From a virus (taxonomy: Duplodnaviria > Caudoviricetes), in the IMG/VR virus record IMGVR_UViG_3300049228_000074, positions 1 through 42,932 of that record: DNA of 42,932 bases. One strand, 5' to 3'. Shown piece after piece: positions 1 to 10,234 of this stretch; within the stretch, counting starts at the first letter, position 1, and the number at the start of each line of letters is the position of its first letter. The position numbers were made by a program, and so were the translations under genes. The notes beneath the pieces are model-generated. The model did no database searches. It saw only the letters and a program-made list of their open reading frames with translations, and was not told the origin of the DNA.

Positions 1-426
1 AATTTTGTTGATGGCTTCCATCACCCCAGACGAGGCTTCCTCCATGGCTTTTGTTGCCTTGGTTTTGTGCATGAACTCGCCATTGCTGGCCATGATCGGC
101 ACGTCGTCCGAAGTGCCGGTGCCCTTGCCCTGGATCGCCCCGCCTTTGGCCAGCCCAGCCGCCTTCTCGCGCTCTTTCATGGCAGACCCCGCGGCATATC
201 CTGAAATGGTGCCGGGTGCGGGTGCCGCAGTAGGAGCCGGGGTTGGCTCCGGCGCGCGCTTGGCCATCTTGGCAGCAAGCTCGGCATCCTTGCGGGCGAA
301 TTTCTGCTCAACAGTTTCGGGCGGGCCGAACAGTTTGTTCTTGAGGCCGCCGATAAGCCCGCCATCAGCATAGTGCGGAAGCGTGCTCATATCCGTGACG
401 GCAACGCGCCGGTTTGCTGTTTCCAT
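1..426 (-). CDS. Partial virion (tape-measure-like/ejection) protein, runs off the left edge
   Basis: Not in the ORF track because there is no stop in the window. Manual translation from ATG at 426 (SD GAGG upstream): METANRRVAVTDMSTLPHYADGG...AKGGAIQGKGTGTSDDVPIMASNGEFMHK. The GGxIxGxGTGTSDxxPxMxSNGEF motif is typical of tape-measure/internal virion proteins. It lies downstream of late promoter P1. Confidence 0.7.
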   Translation of the reverse strand, partial: METANRRVAVTDMSTLPHYADGGLIGGLKNKLFGPPETVEQKFARKDAELAAKMAKRAPEPTPAPTAAPAPGTISGYAAGSAMKEREKAAGLAKGGAIQGKGTGTSDDVPIMASNGEFMHKTKATKAMEEASSGVMEAINKI

Positions 427-450
427 GCTTGAGCCTCTTGAAGTTGATGG

Positions 451-494
451 ATTTTGGTGGGTGTGCGCAAAAGCGGCAAACCCTAGTGGGGGGG
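451..494 (-). promoter_or_regulatory. Late promoter P1 (conserved box, -35, 17 bp, -10)
   Basis: Minus strand reads CCCCCCACTAGGGT-TTGCCG-17 bp-CAAAAT; one of five copies with identical spacing. Confidence 0.75.
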
Positions 495-2390
495 TTAGGT
501 GGACACGGTTTCTGCCGCCAGAGAGTTCATGCCACTCATAGTGGCGCTGGCCAAGTTGCTGTAAATCTGTGCGCTGGATATGCCGAGTTGGGCAATGGAC
601 TGGCCATACGCCCGGCGACTCTCGACTTCACCCAGCATGGCTTTCATCTGCAATTCGGCGTTGGCAATGCCGGTCATGGAGACCGCCTTGTAGTAATCGC
701 TGGCCACCTGCGCATTGGCCACCTGGCCTTGAATCTGCGCTTGGTAGGAGATCAGCACCTGACGCTGGTTCTCCAGTTGCACCTTGGCCTTTTCTCCGCG
801 CGCCTGCACGACGGTCTGGTATCCCTGCATGTTCGCCGTGAACTGGTCAGCCCTGGCCTTGTTGGTGGTCGCCGCCGCTTCAATGACTTTGGCCTTGGCA
901 TTGGCTTCGGCGGCGTATCCCTGCCATTGGGCCTGGAATGCATCGACTTGGCTGGCATAAATCTTCACCCGAGCCTCTTCGCCGTTGATCGCCGCAGTGT
1001 AGCCCTGCCATTCGGAGTTTTTGCCCTGCACTTGGGATGTGTAGGCTTGCACCTTGATCTGAAACAACTCCATTTTGAGTTTTTCCAAGTTTGCACGGCC
1101 CTGCACCGCCTCAATCTGAGCGCGGTAGACGTTGGCAAAAACGTTCAGGGTGTCGATGCGGGCCTTGTAAACCTCTACCTTGGCGCGGTCAACATTGGTC
1201 AGCGCCTGCAACGCATCCACCTCGGCCTTGTACAGCTCAATTCCGGCCAACGCGGCTTTCAGGCGCGTTTCGTACACCGCCGCATCGGCCCGATACGCCT
1301 CCAACTTGAGTCCAAAGGCCTTGACCGCCGTGTTGTACACCTCAATCACCGCTGAAAGTGTGGTTTTGGCGTAATCCAGCGCCTGGCCATTGATGTTGAT
1401 GAGGCTCTGGTGGTAACCCAGCGCCGCGCTCAACATGGTCTGGCGCAGGTTGGCTGACGTGCTCACGGCAAATTGCAGGTTCTTTTGCTCCATCTCGGCC
1501 TGCATCACCACAATCTCGCGTGCCGCTGCGGCGTTGTTATCCGCCCCGGCTTGGCGGGCGGTTTGCAAAGATGCCATCAGCGCACCGGTCGGCAGGGTAA
1601 AGCCCCGTGTGGCCGCTTCGCTGTAGGCTGCGTCACTGACCCGGCGAATATCGGCGCTGCTCTTGCTACGGGCGCGCTCGTAGATGGCATTTTCTACAGC
1701 GGGTGCCAGCCCTGTGCCGCCTTGCAAGTAGGTCGCCAGTTGGGTTTCAATGCGCCCCATCTGCTCGGCGTAACGCGGGTTGAACTTGGCCAGCATGGCA
1801 TCTACCTGGCCGTCCAGCATGGCTATGAAGGAAGGCGCAGCACCTTGGTAGGCTGCCTGAAACTGCTCTTTGTGGTCGGTCGGCGCGGCGGGCATGCCGG
1901 TGGGGGCCTCTGCCGTGAAGCTGGGCAGCAGCACTTGGGGCTTGGTCGGTTCGGTGCGCTCGGTCAGCGTCGGCGCCGAGATCAGCGGGTTCAGCAACTC
2001 GCTGGGCGGCTCGGGAAAGGCCAAATTGGTGTTCAGTGCGGGTGCCGATTCAACAAACTCGGCCAAGGCCGATGGCTTGGTTGGCAACGAAACCGTTGGC
2101 GCCGTCGCGCTGAGAACTGGGGCAACCCCGAGCTCAAGCGCCGGGATGTCCTGAAACAGCAGCGGGTCGGTCGGTTCTGTCGGCAAATCCAGGGTCACAT
2201 CGGTGAGCGTTGGCAGCGTCACGGTGATGCCGCTCGGCGGTGCATTTGGCAACGTCACTGGTGTGAAATTTGGGATCGTGAATCCAACTTGACCAACCAG
2301 AGATTGGGCGGCACCCATCGCGCCCGAGGCTTGGCTCAAAGTCGATGTCGCATACCCTTGGGCCGCGCTCACAAGTGCTGAAACCGTCAT
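495..2390 (-). CDS. Virion structural protein (Pro-rich N half, long Ala/Gln coiled-coil C half)
   Basis: 631-aa ORF in the late operon, closely coupled to the upstream gene; exact function not assignable. Confidence 0.65.
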   Translation of the reverse strand: MTVSALVSAAQGYATSTLSQASGAMGAAQSLVGQVGFTIPNFTPVTLPNAPPSGITVTLPTLTDVTLDLPTEPTDPLLFQDIPALELGVAPVLSATAPTVSLPTKPSALAEFVESAPALNTNLAFPEPPSELLNPLISAPTLTERTEPTKPQVLLPSFTAEAPTGMPAAPTDHKEQFQAAYQGAAPSFIAMLDGQVDAMLAKFNPRYAEQMGRIETQLATYLQGGTGLAPAVENAIYERARSKSSADIRRVSDAAYSEAATRGFTLPTGALMASLQTARQAGADNNAAAAREIVVMQAEMEQKNLQFAVSTSANLRQTMLSAALGYHQSLININGQALDYAKTTLSAVIEVYNTAVKAFGLKLEAYRADAAVYETRLKAALAGIELYKAEVDALQALTNVDRAKVEVYKARIDTLNVFANVYRAQIEAVQGRANLEKLKMELFQIKVQAYTSQVQGKNSEWQGYTAAINGEEARVKIYASQVDAFQAQWQGYAAEANAKAKVIEAAATTNKARADQFTANMQGYQTVVQARGEKAKVQLENQRQVLISYQAQIQGQVANAQVASDYYKAVSMTGIANAELQMKAMLGEVESRRAYGQSIAQLGISSAQIYSNLASATMSGMNSLAAETVST

Positions 2391-2391
2391 G

Positions 2392-4191
2392 TTAAATTCT
2401 CCTGGTCATTGTTGCGACATCAAATTCGATATTGTCCAACTCGAGTTCGCCCGTACCCGTGGCTCCAACGGCAAAATACCGCTCCTTGATGCCACGGCCA
2501 AACTTCTGCCGGTGGTTCTGCGCCGTCTCGCCGCGTGGCGTGGTGTATTGGTAGGTTTTGGCGGGCTTCTCACCTGCCACCAGGCGCACCGTCTCGGATT
2601 TCCCGAGCCGGCCACCGAAGTAGGCCGCCACGATGGTCTTCTTCAACGGGCTGTCCAGGTCGGTGACATGAGTTTCGAAATCCCACCTGATTGGCGTTGG
2701 TTTCGGTGTGGCATAGTCAGTCACGCCACCCAACAAGAAAAGCCCGTTGGGAGACACGCCAAAGTAGTCTCCTTGGTATCTCAAGATGTGCGTGAATGGG
2801 AAGTTGGTGTACCGCGTCACTTGGGCGGGCTCTTCGCCGTGCAGAAGGTTGGTGGCATAGGCTTCGTAGGTCACCGTGATGACGGCAGTTCCCACAAATG
2901 AAATTTGAGCTGCCGCCAATGTTCCCGTTATCCTGCCGTATGGCCCAGCTTGAGCCACAGGAACGGTTCCTTCTATGCGACCATGCGCCTGCGCCACTCC
3001 AGTGAAAATCAAGTCGCCCACAGGGACAGTGCCGGTCAAGGTCATCACACTGCCAGACGTGGCAGAGAATTCCGCAGTGGCTGTAGGGTACGAACCAGCG
3101 ATTGACCCACCCGCTCTTGCCGCAAACTTCGCAGCAGAGACCACCCCAGTAAGGCTTACCGATTCTGTTTTTGTGTCTATGAACTGGATGGTTGCCACAG
3201 GAACCACGCCTTGCAAATGCATCAGGATTGTGGTCGTGCCATTTATCTTCAAGGCGGCAACAGGGAATTTTCCCGAGAGTTGGTTGCCCGAACGAAAAGA
3301 CATGGTGGGGGCTGCGACCATGCCTGCAATTTCATTCCTGATGCCTTCGTTTAATGTGCCCTGGAACATCGGCGTTGGCGATGTGACTGCAACCCTTGCG
3401 CCGCCATAAAACACCAAGGTTGGAGTTGGAGAGTTCATGCTGATACTCGATCCTGGTAATGTTTGTGTTGCTAGAAATGTTGGTGTCGGTGATGATGCCG
3501 TCAGGCCGCTACCGCTTCGCGTAAACAGCGTTGGTGTTGGCGACTGAATCGATAGACGCTGCCCGCTACGGAATGCGGCAGTTGCGGCAGGATAAGTTCC
3601 CGACAACCCTCCCGCAAGGTCTACGGCAATACTGTCTAGTTTATGCGTTGACCCAACTACTACCCTAATGGAATTCAGGCCAAGCGCAGGGCTGTCATAA
3701 GCCTCACTCGTGTTTATCGTTTGGCCATCGAACACCGCTGACTGCGATCCATCGGCAAGGCTCAATGAACCCGAATAAGTCGTATTTGGAGCCGCCGTGA
3801 ATGTTGTTTGAGTTCCTTGAAAATCTATTGTCCAAAGAGACCCTGCACTCTGGCCGTATAAAACGGCCAATGCAAATGGATGGCCGCCCACTCGAACATC
3901 TACAGATAATCCAAGGCAATTCAGCACCCCTCCGTCCACTGATGGACCTGTTCGGAAGGAAAAAACGATGACCGGAGAAAGCGGCCCGCTGTAGTCTGTG
4001 ACTCCATCCCCGTATTGCGCTGCTCCCACGCTTTCAAGATTCGTGTTGTCAACTGATACGGCGTACCCACCGGACAACTCTAATTCGTTGGGTGCCGCAT
4101 CGTTGACCCACGTTTCTGATCCAAAACCGATATCCGCAGATTTCCCGTTGAGAGTTCCGGTTCCGGCAAAACCTTCAAGAAAAAAAGTCAT
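2392..4191 (-). CDS. Tail/fibre-associated protein: beta-rich N domain, degenerate T/S-x-P repeat stalk, C-terminal anchor-like domain
   Basis: 599 aa; central pseudo-repeats (GTYPAAT, QSPTPTL, SSPTPTF, NSPTPTL, GTVPVA); C-terminal VTRYTNFPF..YFGVSPNGLFLLGG domain. Confidence 0.6.
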   Translation of the reverse strand: MTFFLEGFAGTGTLNGKSADIGFGSETWVNDAAPNELELSGGYAVSVDNTNLESVGAAQYGDGVTDYSGPLSPVIVFSFRTGPSVDGGVLNCLGLSVDVRVGGHPFALAVLYGQSAGSLWTIDFQGTQTTFTAAPNTTYSGSLSLADGSQSAVFDGQTINTSEAYDSPALGLNSIRVVVGSTHKLDSIAVDLAGGLSGTYPAATAAFRSGQRLSIQSPTPTLFTRSGSGLTASSPTPTFLATQTLPGSSISMNSPTPTLVFYGGARVAVTSPTPMFQGTLNEGIRNEIAGMVAAPTMSFRSGNQLSGKFPVAALKINGTTTILMHLQGVVPVATIQFIDTKTESVSLTGVVSAAKFAARAGGSIAGSYPTATAEFSATSGSVMTLTGTVPVGDLIFTGVAQAHGRIEGTVPVAQAGPYGRITGTLAAAQISFVGTAVITVTYEAYATNLLHGEEPAQVTRYTNFPFTHILRYQGDYFGVSPNGLFLLGGVTDYATPKPTPIRWDFETHVTDLDSPLKKTIVAAYFGGRLGKSETVRLVAGEKPAKTYQYTTPRGETAQNHRQKFGRGIKERYFAVGATGTGELELDNIEFDVATMTRRI

Positions 4192-4199
4192 TGCCTATT

Positions 4200-5555
4200 T
4201 CAAGCCGGAGGGCCTGGACTCCATGAAGTCGTTCCGTCAACCGCATCGGAAATATCAAAATAGAAGCGTATGAAGATGATTGGTGCAGTGCCATAAATTG
4301 GCGAGACAGCCCCAAGTTTCTTCCAATACGAATGCCCATCACCAAAAACGTCATACAAGCCATGAAGGACCTGCCCATCTTGGGGGACTTCATTCACTAC
4401 GGACATAAATTCGGCATCGTCTTTTATGCGCTCCAACTCTGAAAACTTGAACTTTGCACCACGCTCCAAATTGGTCGAATTGAGTTTTAATTGAAGTGTG
4501 TTTTCATCCGCGCCGCCAACCGCACTTCCAATTGGAACCGCGAGATTACCCACGATGGAATAGAGCCTATTGGCAGGCAATGACTGTGTGGCCTGAGGCA
4601 AATTAACGCCGTATCGACTTTTTAAGACATTCGAAAACACCATGAAATCAGGGCCAAATTGAGTTGCCCCCAAGTTTCTTGCGGTGTAGTACCCGCCAGC
4701 CCCCGTTGGGACCTGATCTGGAATTTCTGCTGGCGATGCGAGCTCTATGGTGTATGGCTCCTGCATCACTACTTTTCTCAAAGAAGGTGTACTGTCAGAT
4801 GGCAAGTCAGCAAAAAAGTACAGCGTTCTCACCGCCGTAGTTGCTGGGAAAACGGGCTGGTCAATAACGCCGTATGCAGGGTAAAAAGATGAGAGTTTTA
4901 AACCTGACTCGGAGTAAGTAAAAATGGGGGCGCCTACGCCTTCATAGCTCGTGGAAAATGACTGGCCATCCACGCTGATGAACTTGTTGTCCCATGCGAT
5001 CTCGGACGAGTAAGTAATGGTCGCCTGGCTTTCATCAATTGTGTTTGGGCCAACCCGTACCGTGCTGCTAAACCCGGTTTTCCCATCAAAGTTGAACGAT
5101 CTGACTCGGCTTCCTTTGTAGGGCTGCTTGCGCGCAATGCCGGTTTTATACTCGGTATAGTCGTCTCGAAAATACGGCGACCCAAAATCTTGATAAGTCC
5201 CAGACCGCATCCATCGTTCAATCGTTTTATTGACGAACTTGGCTTTAGCGGCATTCATCGGGTCGATTTTGTCTAGCCGGAATGTCCAGGTCTTAAAAGT
5301 ATAGGTCGGAAAGTTGTACGCGCCAGCGCCGGGGATACCTTGCAGCGGTGATTGAAGCGTGATTTCCATATCGCCACTACCACCTCCAGATGTTCTTATG
5401 TAATCATGTTCACCAGCAATACGAATATGCACTTCCCCATCTGGCAGTAGAAATTTTTGGGCCGCGTACTCAAGACCCGTCGCCCGCAGTGCTTTAATTC
5501 GACTGCGGGCAAACGGGAGGTAAATTTCCCCGCCTTGAATAAGCTTGTGCTCCAT
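4200..5555 (-). CDS. Putative receptor-binding/tail tip protein
   Basis: 451 aa; short N-terminal module ending in a SGGGSG linker, then an aromatic beta-rich body encoded by AT-richer DNA than the flanks. Confidence 0.5.
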   Translation of the reverse strand: MEHKLIQGGEIYLPFARSRIKALRATGLEYAAQKFLLPDGEVHIRIAGEHDYIRTSGGGSGDMEITLQSPLQGIPGAGAYNFPTYTFKTWTFRLDKIDPMNAAKAKFVNKTIERWMRSGTYQDFGSPYFRDDYTEYKTGIARKQPYKGSRVRSFNFDGKTGFSSTVRVGPNTIDESQATITYSSEIAWDNKFISVDGQSFSTSYEGVGAPIFTYSESGLKLSSFYPAYGVIDQPVFPATTAVRTLYFFADLPSDSTPSLRKVVMQEPYTIELASPAEIPDQVPTGAGGYYTARNLGATQFGPDFMVFSNVLKSRYGVNLPQATQSLPANRLYSIVGNLAVPIGSAVGGADENTLQLKLNSTNLERGAKFKFSELERIKDDAEFMSVVNEVPQDGQVLHGLYDVFGDGHSYWKKLGAVSPIYGTAPIIFIRFYFDISDAVDGTTSWSPGPPA

Positions 5556-5560
5556 GCATT

Positions 5561-6328
5561 TCAGGAAGCGGCAAACGTAATGGCTGCTGCGTCAACCGTG
5601 TGTGGCGAGCCGATGGTGACGCTTAGTGAGGACATTTGGAAGTCGCCAGACCCAACACCACATGATCCATCGAAGCGCGGGTAGAACGGTGCTGCCGAGA
5701 TAATCGCGCCGGTATCCGCTGTGTCGCTGCCGAAGAAGCGAAACCACCCCGCCGTGCCGACGGCCACGCCAGTCATGCTCCAGACATCGGTGTTTTTGGT
5801 AACAACGCCGCTGGCCGGTGGCAACCACACCAGGCCGTTCACTGGGGCCACACCGCTGGCAAAGTTGGATCCGGTGCAGGTAATACCAGTTGCGGCCAAC
5901 GCTAGTCCGTTCCACGCCGCGCCGGTTCCGGGCCGCGGCTTGACGGTCACGACAGCACCGGCGCTGGTCGCTTCGGCCATGCCGTTGCGGTTGATGGCGT
6001 CAGCGATCAGTCCGGCCGTCACCGTGGTGCTGGTGGTCCAGACAACCGCACTAGGGTCTGGAACCAGGGGCAACGTGCCTGCTGTCAACGCCGTCAGCGT
6101 GCCCGAGCCGCCTGTCACGGTAAGGGTCGCGCTGGCGCGGGTTTCCTTGGTCAAAGCGGCACTGGCCTTGGTGATGGTGCCAAGGAGTGTCCCGCCAGTG
6201 TCGGCGGCATCTGCTGTTGCTGGCTGGGTTCCGGTGTAAACCTTGGCGTAACCGTAGTTGAACATGCCGGTGAAGCCCAAACCAGCGGCTAAGCCGTTTC
6301 GGGTTCCGGTTGAATAGCGCAATGTCAT
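5561..6328 (-). CDS. Virion structural (fibre-subunit-like) protein
   Basis: 255 aa, Gly/Thr/Ala-rich; MTLRYSTGxRN...YTGTQPATADAA...GTAGWFR...RFDG pattern recognisable from phage structural proteins. Confidence 0.65.
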   Translation of the reverse strand: MTLRYSTGTRNGLAAGLGFTGMFNYGYAKVYTGTQPATADAADTGGTLLGTITKASAALTKETRASATLTVTGGSGTLTALTAGTLPLVPDPSAVVWTTSTTVTAGLIADAINRNGMAEATSAGAVVTVKPRPGTGAAWNGLALAATGITCTGSNFASGVAPVNGLVWLPPASGVVTKNTDVWSMTGVAVGTAGWFRFFGSDTADTGAIISAAPFYPRFDGSCGVGSGDFQMSSLSVTIGSPHTVDAAAITFAAS

Positions 6329-6340
6329 GATGAATCCTTA

Positions 6341-7525
6341 TTAAGAGTGAGGGTTGAAGGCGTTGCCGCCCTGTTGGAGCGATACGAGGAAGCGTTTTTG
6401 CCCCCCACTGCGCACAATGGCCGCGCCAGCCTGATTGCCATGGGCCAAGCTGACTGCGCGCTCAGTCAGATTCGAGAAAGGAAGTGCGCTGGCAACGCCG
6501 CGATTCGTCCAGAACTTGACGGCTTCATTGTCATCGGCGCACCAATGTTGCCCTGGCGGAACGCCGTACTCAGCCAGTTGGACAAGGCTTGTGCCGTCGT
6601 AGGCATGAATGCGTTTGTCGGTGCCAATCACCAAACCTGTCTGGGTGGGGGCCAACATGCGGACCCGGCCCGGAACCATGATGAAGTCCGACTCCAGTTT
6701 GAACAGGTGGTAGCCCAAGGGCTGGCTGAACCAGATCACGGTCTGGTTCTCGGTGGGCAGGTACTGGGCGGCATACATGCGCCCGCGCCAGTGTTGGATC
6801 ACACCGCAGCCGGTTGGTAAAGGGTAAAAATCGTTCGCGCGCAAGTCCACGCCCAAGGCGTCGGGACTATCGTTCCACACCATGGCCGTATTTGATGGAT
6901 TTGCGGCGAACTGAAAAACCGTGCTATTGGCCGGTGCGATGTAAACGCAGGTAGTGTGTTCTGCCGCCTGCGGGATGCCGCTGATTTGCAGCGCTTGGCC
7001 TGCTGAAATATCAATTTCAGCGATGTCACCGGCTCCGGTCTCGCGCCCATTCTGGTTCAGGAACGTGCAGCACACCCGGTACAGGCCAACGGGCAAATCA
7101 CCGGTGACGGCCGCCACGGCCGGCGCGCTCGGCTGGGGCCAGCGCCATTCCTGGATCGTGTTGTCCGGCCAGATGATTCCGCTATCAGTGCCGTTGTTGA
7201 AATACACGTTGTCATTGACTTCGGCCCAATGCATGGGCGCCGACGCAAGGCCGGGTCGCAAGGCGTGCGCCGTTGATGGCCCCGCCATGGCCTTGAGAAC
7301 GCCGCCGTCCACCAGGTACATGCGCGCATAGTCCAATGTGGAATAAGCGCCAGTGAAACTACCCGCCATGGCGAGGCTGTAACCATCTCGACCCTCCATT
7401 GCCCCGGTGTCGGTGATGTTGATATTTTCAGCAGTGGCCAACCAGCCCAAGCCCAGGCGCATCGGGTCACTGACGTTGTTCAAGCCCTTGAAGCGGTCAA
7501 CGCGGGGCAGTTTGGCGGTAAGCAT
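6341..7525 (-). CDS. Tail tubular/nozzle-like protein (podovirus head-closure type)
   Basis: N-terminal FKGLNNV..P..L...L..AENINITDTG...RDGY motif and beta-propeller-like composition; start moved to ATG 7525, 7 nt after the -10 of P2. Confidence 0.6.
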   Translation of the reverse strand: MLTAKLPRVDRFKGLNNVSDPMRLGLGWLATAENINITDTGAMEGRDGYSLAMAGSFTGAYSTLDYARMYLVDGGVLKAMAGPSTAHALRPGLASAPMHWAEVNDNVYFNNGTDSGIIWPDNTIQEWRWPQPSAPAVAAVTGDLPVGLYRVCCTFLNQNGRETGAGDIAEIDISAGQALQISGIPQAAEHTTCVYIAPANSTVFQFAANPSNTAMVWNDSPDALGVDLRANDFYPLPTGCGVIQHWRGRMYAAQYLPTENQTVIWFSQPLGYHLFKLESDFIMVPGRVRMLAPTQTGLVIGTDKRIHAYDGTSLVQLAEYGVPPGQHWCADDNEAVKFWTNRGVASALPFSNLTERAVSLAHGNQAGAAIVRSGGQKRFLVSLQQGGNAFNPHS

Positions 7526-7532
7526 GGCCGCC

Positions 7533-7575
7533 ATGATGCAAAGACGGCGCGCTTTGGGCAAACCCTAGTGGGGGG
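7533..7575 (-). promoter_or_regulatory. Late promoter P2
   Basis: CCCCCCACTAGGGT-TTGCCC-17 bp-CATCAT. Confidence 0.75.
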
Positions 7576-9096
7576 TCAGGCGAACGCCTTGGTGTCTACG
7601 GTGAAGCCCAGGTTTTGTGCAGCGACTTGGAATCGCAGGTTTTGCGGTGCCACTGAGAAACTGTAGGCGGTCTGGTCAATCGTGCTCACGGCATTCAGCG
7701 CGACTGCCGCGCTTTCGGCCAAGTTCAGGTTTTCGACCAGCGCCGCGTACAAGGCCCACGCATTGGATGCGTTGTCGCCCAGGCTCAATGCCTGCACAAT
7801 CGCTGCTGTCAGGGCGGCTTGGCTGCTGGCGTTGTCGCCCAAGGCCATGCTGTCCTGCGCTGTGGCCGCAAAGTCGCCGCTGGCCAGACCATTGGCTGAT
7901 TCCGCGAGGTTCAAAACCTCCGTCTGGCTCGCCGTCGCCGCCCTCTGCCCGCCAGCGTTGTCCGCCAAGGCCATCGCATCGGTCGAGCTCGCACTCAAGG
8001 CGGCCACTTGTGACTGGGCATGCGAAAGACCCAACGCCTCGCTGGCCTGTGCCGCGGCTGAAAACACTTGGCTGGCGGTGTCTGCCAAGGTCAAAGCCTC
8101 GGTGATCGTGGCGGTGAAGTTGCCCGCCAAGCTGCCATCGTTGGCATGGGACAGCGTCAATGCGTCGGCCTGAGATGCCGTGACGGCTGCGCTGGAAGTG
8201 TGGGTGTCGTTCAGCGAAAATGCTTCTGAAATAATAGCTGCGTAGCCAATTACGGCGCTACTCACCTCCGCAAGAGGCAATGGTTCTGAGAGGGCAGAAG
8301 CCATCGCAGCACTCGCCGCCGCCGTGTCTGCCAAGGGCGCAGATTCGCTGTCCACTGCCGTCGCCCCAAATTGCCCGGTTTGGCTGTGAGACAGTGGCAA
8401 GGCTTCGGTAATGCTGGGGCTGGCGCCGAATTGAGCGCTGTGGGTGGCGTCCAGCGGCAGGCTCTCAGACTGCGATGCCCCCAAGGCGGCTGCAGCGCTG
8501 GCCGTATCGGCAAGCGGGGCGGGTTCAGTCTGGGCAGAAATCAGGGCTTTGACGGCGCTGGCACCCTCCGCCAAGGGCAGGGCCTCGGACTGGGCTGCAC
8601 TGATTGCTGCCACCATGCTGGCGCTGTCGCCCAGCGGGGCCGATTCGGTTTGGCTGGAAGCACTCGCGCGCGCCGCGTTGTGGCTGTCTGCGAGGGGCAG
8701 GTTCTCGCTGTTGCTTGATGTCGCCCCAAAGGCTTGGCTGGCCGTGTCCGCCAGTGTTGCGGCATCCGTGGCCGTAGCGTTGAAACTGCCGCCCGCTACC
8801 GAGGCATTCGCCGTCTCCGCCAGAGGCAACGATTCGGAATTGTTGGCGTTGAAGCTGGCGACATTGCTTGAACTGTCTGCCAGGGGTAGCGACTCACTTG
8901 CATCCGCGCCGAGCGATGCCACATTGCTGGCGTTGTCGGCAAGCGCCAGCGTTTCGGAAACTACAGCTGCAAAATTACCGGTTGGAGCTTCAAAAAACTC
9001 TCTGGCTATGAGGTGAGAAACGCCGCTATTGCTTGTTTTTATCAGGCTCGAACTGGCAATGCGGTTTGACGGTTCCTGCCGCCAGATGTTTGCCAC
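7576..9096 (-). CDS. Repeat-rich fibre/scaffold protein (about 21 copies of a 20-aa repeat)
   Basis: 506 aa, almost entirely [S/T]-E/D-x-L-x-L-A-D/E-x-A-S repeats of about 20 aa; C-terminal YSFSVAPQNLRFQV motif resembles the end of 10235..13216. Confidence 0.65.
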   Translation of the reverse strand: MANIWRQEPSNRIASSSLIKTSNSGVSHLIAREFFEAPTGNFAAVVSETLALADNASNVASLGADASESLPLADSSSNVASFNANNSESLPLAETANASVAGGSFNATATDAATLADTASQAFGATSSNSENLPLADSHNAARASASSQTESAPLGDSASMVAAISAAQSEALPLAEGASAVKALISAQTEPAPLADTASAAAALGASQSESLPLDATHSAQFGASPSITEALPLSHSQTGQFGATAVDSESAPLADTAAASAAMASALSEPLPLAEVSSAVIGYAAIISEAFSLNDTHTSSAAVTASQADALTLSHANDGSLAGNFTATITEALTLADTASQVFSAAAQASEALGLSHAQSQVAALSASSTDAMALADNAGGQRAATASQTEVLNLAESANGLASGDFAATAQDSMALGDNASSQAALTAAIVQALSLGDNASNAWALYAALVENLNLAESAAVALNAVSTIDQTAYSFSVAPQNLRFQVAAQNLGFTVDTKAFA

Positions 9097-9098
9097 GA

Positions 9099-9896
9099 TC
9101 AGCCATTCGCCACGTCAACAACTAACTCGGGCAAGCCGGTTGCAGTGGAATCCGCTGTGACGATCATCATCAGCGCTGAGTCAGCAAACACAATGGGCAT
9201 TCCAGTGGACAAGGCATCTTGAATCACGCCATCGTTTGCAACCCGAATACGAGCTTCCCCCAGTGGTCGCATCACCAAGATGTTGAACGTGCCCACCGTG
9301 GCAATTGTGCCTACTACACCCGTCACGCCTTGCAAACCGTTGTCGCCTGCTTGCAAAGGCAGTTGCAACATGCGCCCCACAATGCCCGCCGTGCCTTGGG
9401 AAACAGTGCCCGTTGAACGCCCTGCCGTGCCGGATTGGTTGGTGTACGTCACCGCGACCGACTGGATACCCGTGGCTGCCGTGACTTGCTCGTACCAAAG
9501 CTCCAAGCTGCCGAAATCTGTTCCTCCGGGCACTCGGCTGCTGTAGCTGGTCGGTGTCTGCCCTGTGGTGTTGGCGTTGAATGCGTAGGCACCGGCCTTC
9601 CAAAGAAGGTCGTAAAGCTGGATTCGGCAGGCAACCGAGCAATTCCATTCCATTCTGGTCAAGTAGCCCGTTGCGCCACCGCCAAACGCATTGACAGGCG
9701 GCGTGCCCGTCGTGGCATCGGTGGGCACAACGCCTGTTGTTGTGGAGGTGCCAGCCAGTACACCAGCGCCAGGATTTCCGGCCAAGTCAAAAATGCTGAA
9801 TGGAACAGCGGCGACCGAGGTTCTAGAGGCGCTTTTATTCAGCACCACGCGCTGTTTGGCTGCCGCAATGATGCCGTCAAGGGTTGTGATTGCCAT
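9099..9896 (-). CDS. Beta-rich virion structural protein
   Basis: Likely start MAITTLDG (ATG 9896), 265 aa, Thr/Gly-rich; within the fibre cassette. Confidence 0.6.
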   Translation of the reverse strand: MAITTLDGIIAAAKQRVVLNKSASRTSVAAVPFSIFDLAGNPGAGVLAGTSTTTGVVPTDATTGTPPVNAFGGGATGYLTRMEWNCSVACRIQLYDLLWKAGAYAFNANTTGQTPTSYSSRVPGGTDFGSLELWYEQVTAATGIQSVAVTYTNQSGTAGRSTGTVSQGTAGIVGRMLQLPLQAGDNGLQGVTGVVGTIATVGTFNILVMRPLGEARIRVANDGVIQDALSTGMPIVFADSALMMIVTADSTATGLPELVVDVANG

Positions 9897-9897
9897 G

Positions 9898-10224
9898 TTA
9901 TTTCTCAATGATCTTGAAGTACAAAGTCTGGTCTTCTTCCTGCCCGTCGGCGGCAACAATATGGCACGTCACGCCATAAAGCTGACCAACTACCAAGGGA
10001 AGCAGTGGGTCTTTTTTGATCCGAATCTTGATGACTCCGCCAGATTGAACGCTGCTCGGAATTGTCAAGCCGGGTGCCGCCGAGACGGTATGGCTTGCAT
10101 AGGTTGACTCGATGTCACTCAGCCAAACATCCCACTCATACGGGACATCGCGCACTGCGTTGGGGTCGAAATAGGCCCACGGTTTTTTGGGGTCATCAAG
10201 GTTCCATGCTTCTCCGGTTGCCAT
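9898..10224 (-). CDS. Putative fibre adaptor protein
   Basis: 108 aa; DPNAVRDVPYEWxxWL...YxVTCHIVAADGQEEDQTLYFKI pattern of small phage adaptor proteins that follow fibre genes. Confidence 0.55.
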   Translation of the reverse strand: MATGEAWNLDDPKKPWAYFDPNAVRDVPYEWDVWLSDIESTYASHTVSAAPGLTIPSSVQSGGVIKIRIKKDPLLPLVVGQLYGVTCHIVAADGQEEDQTLYFKIIEK

Positions 10225-10234
10225 CACAGCCTCC

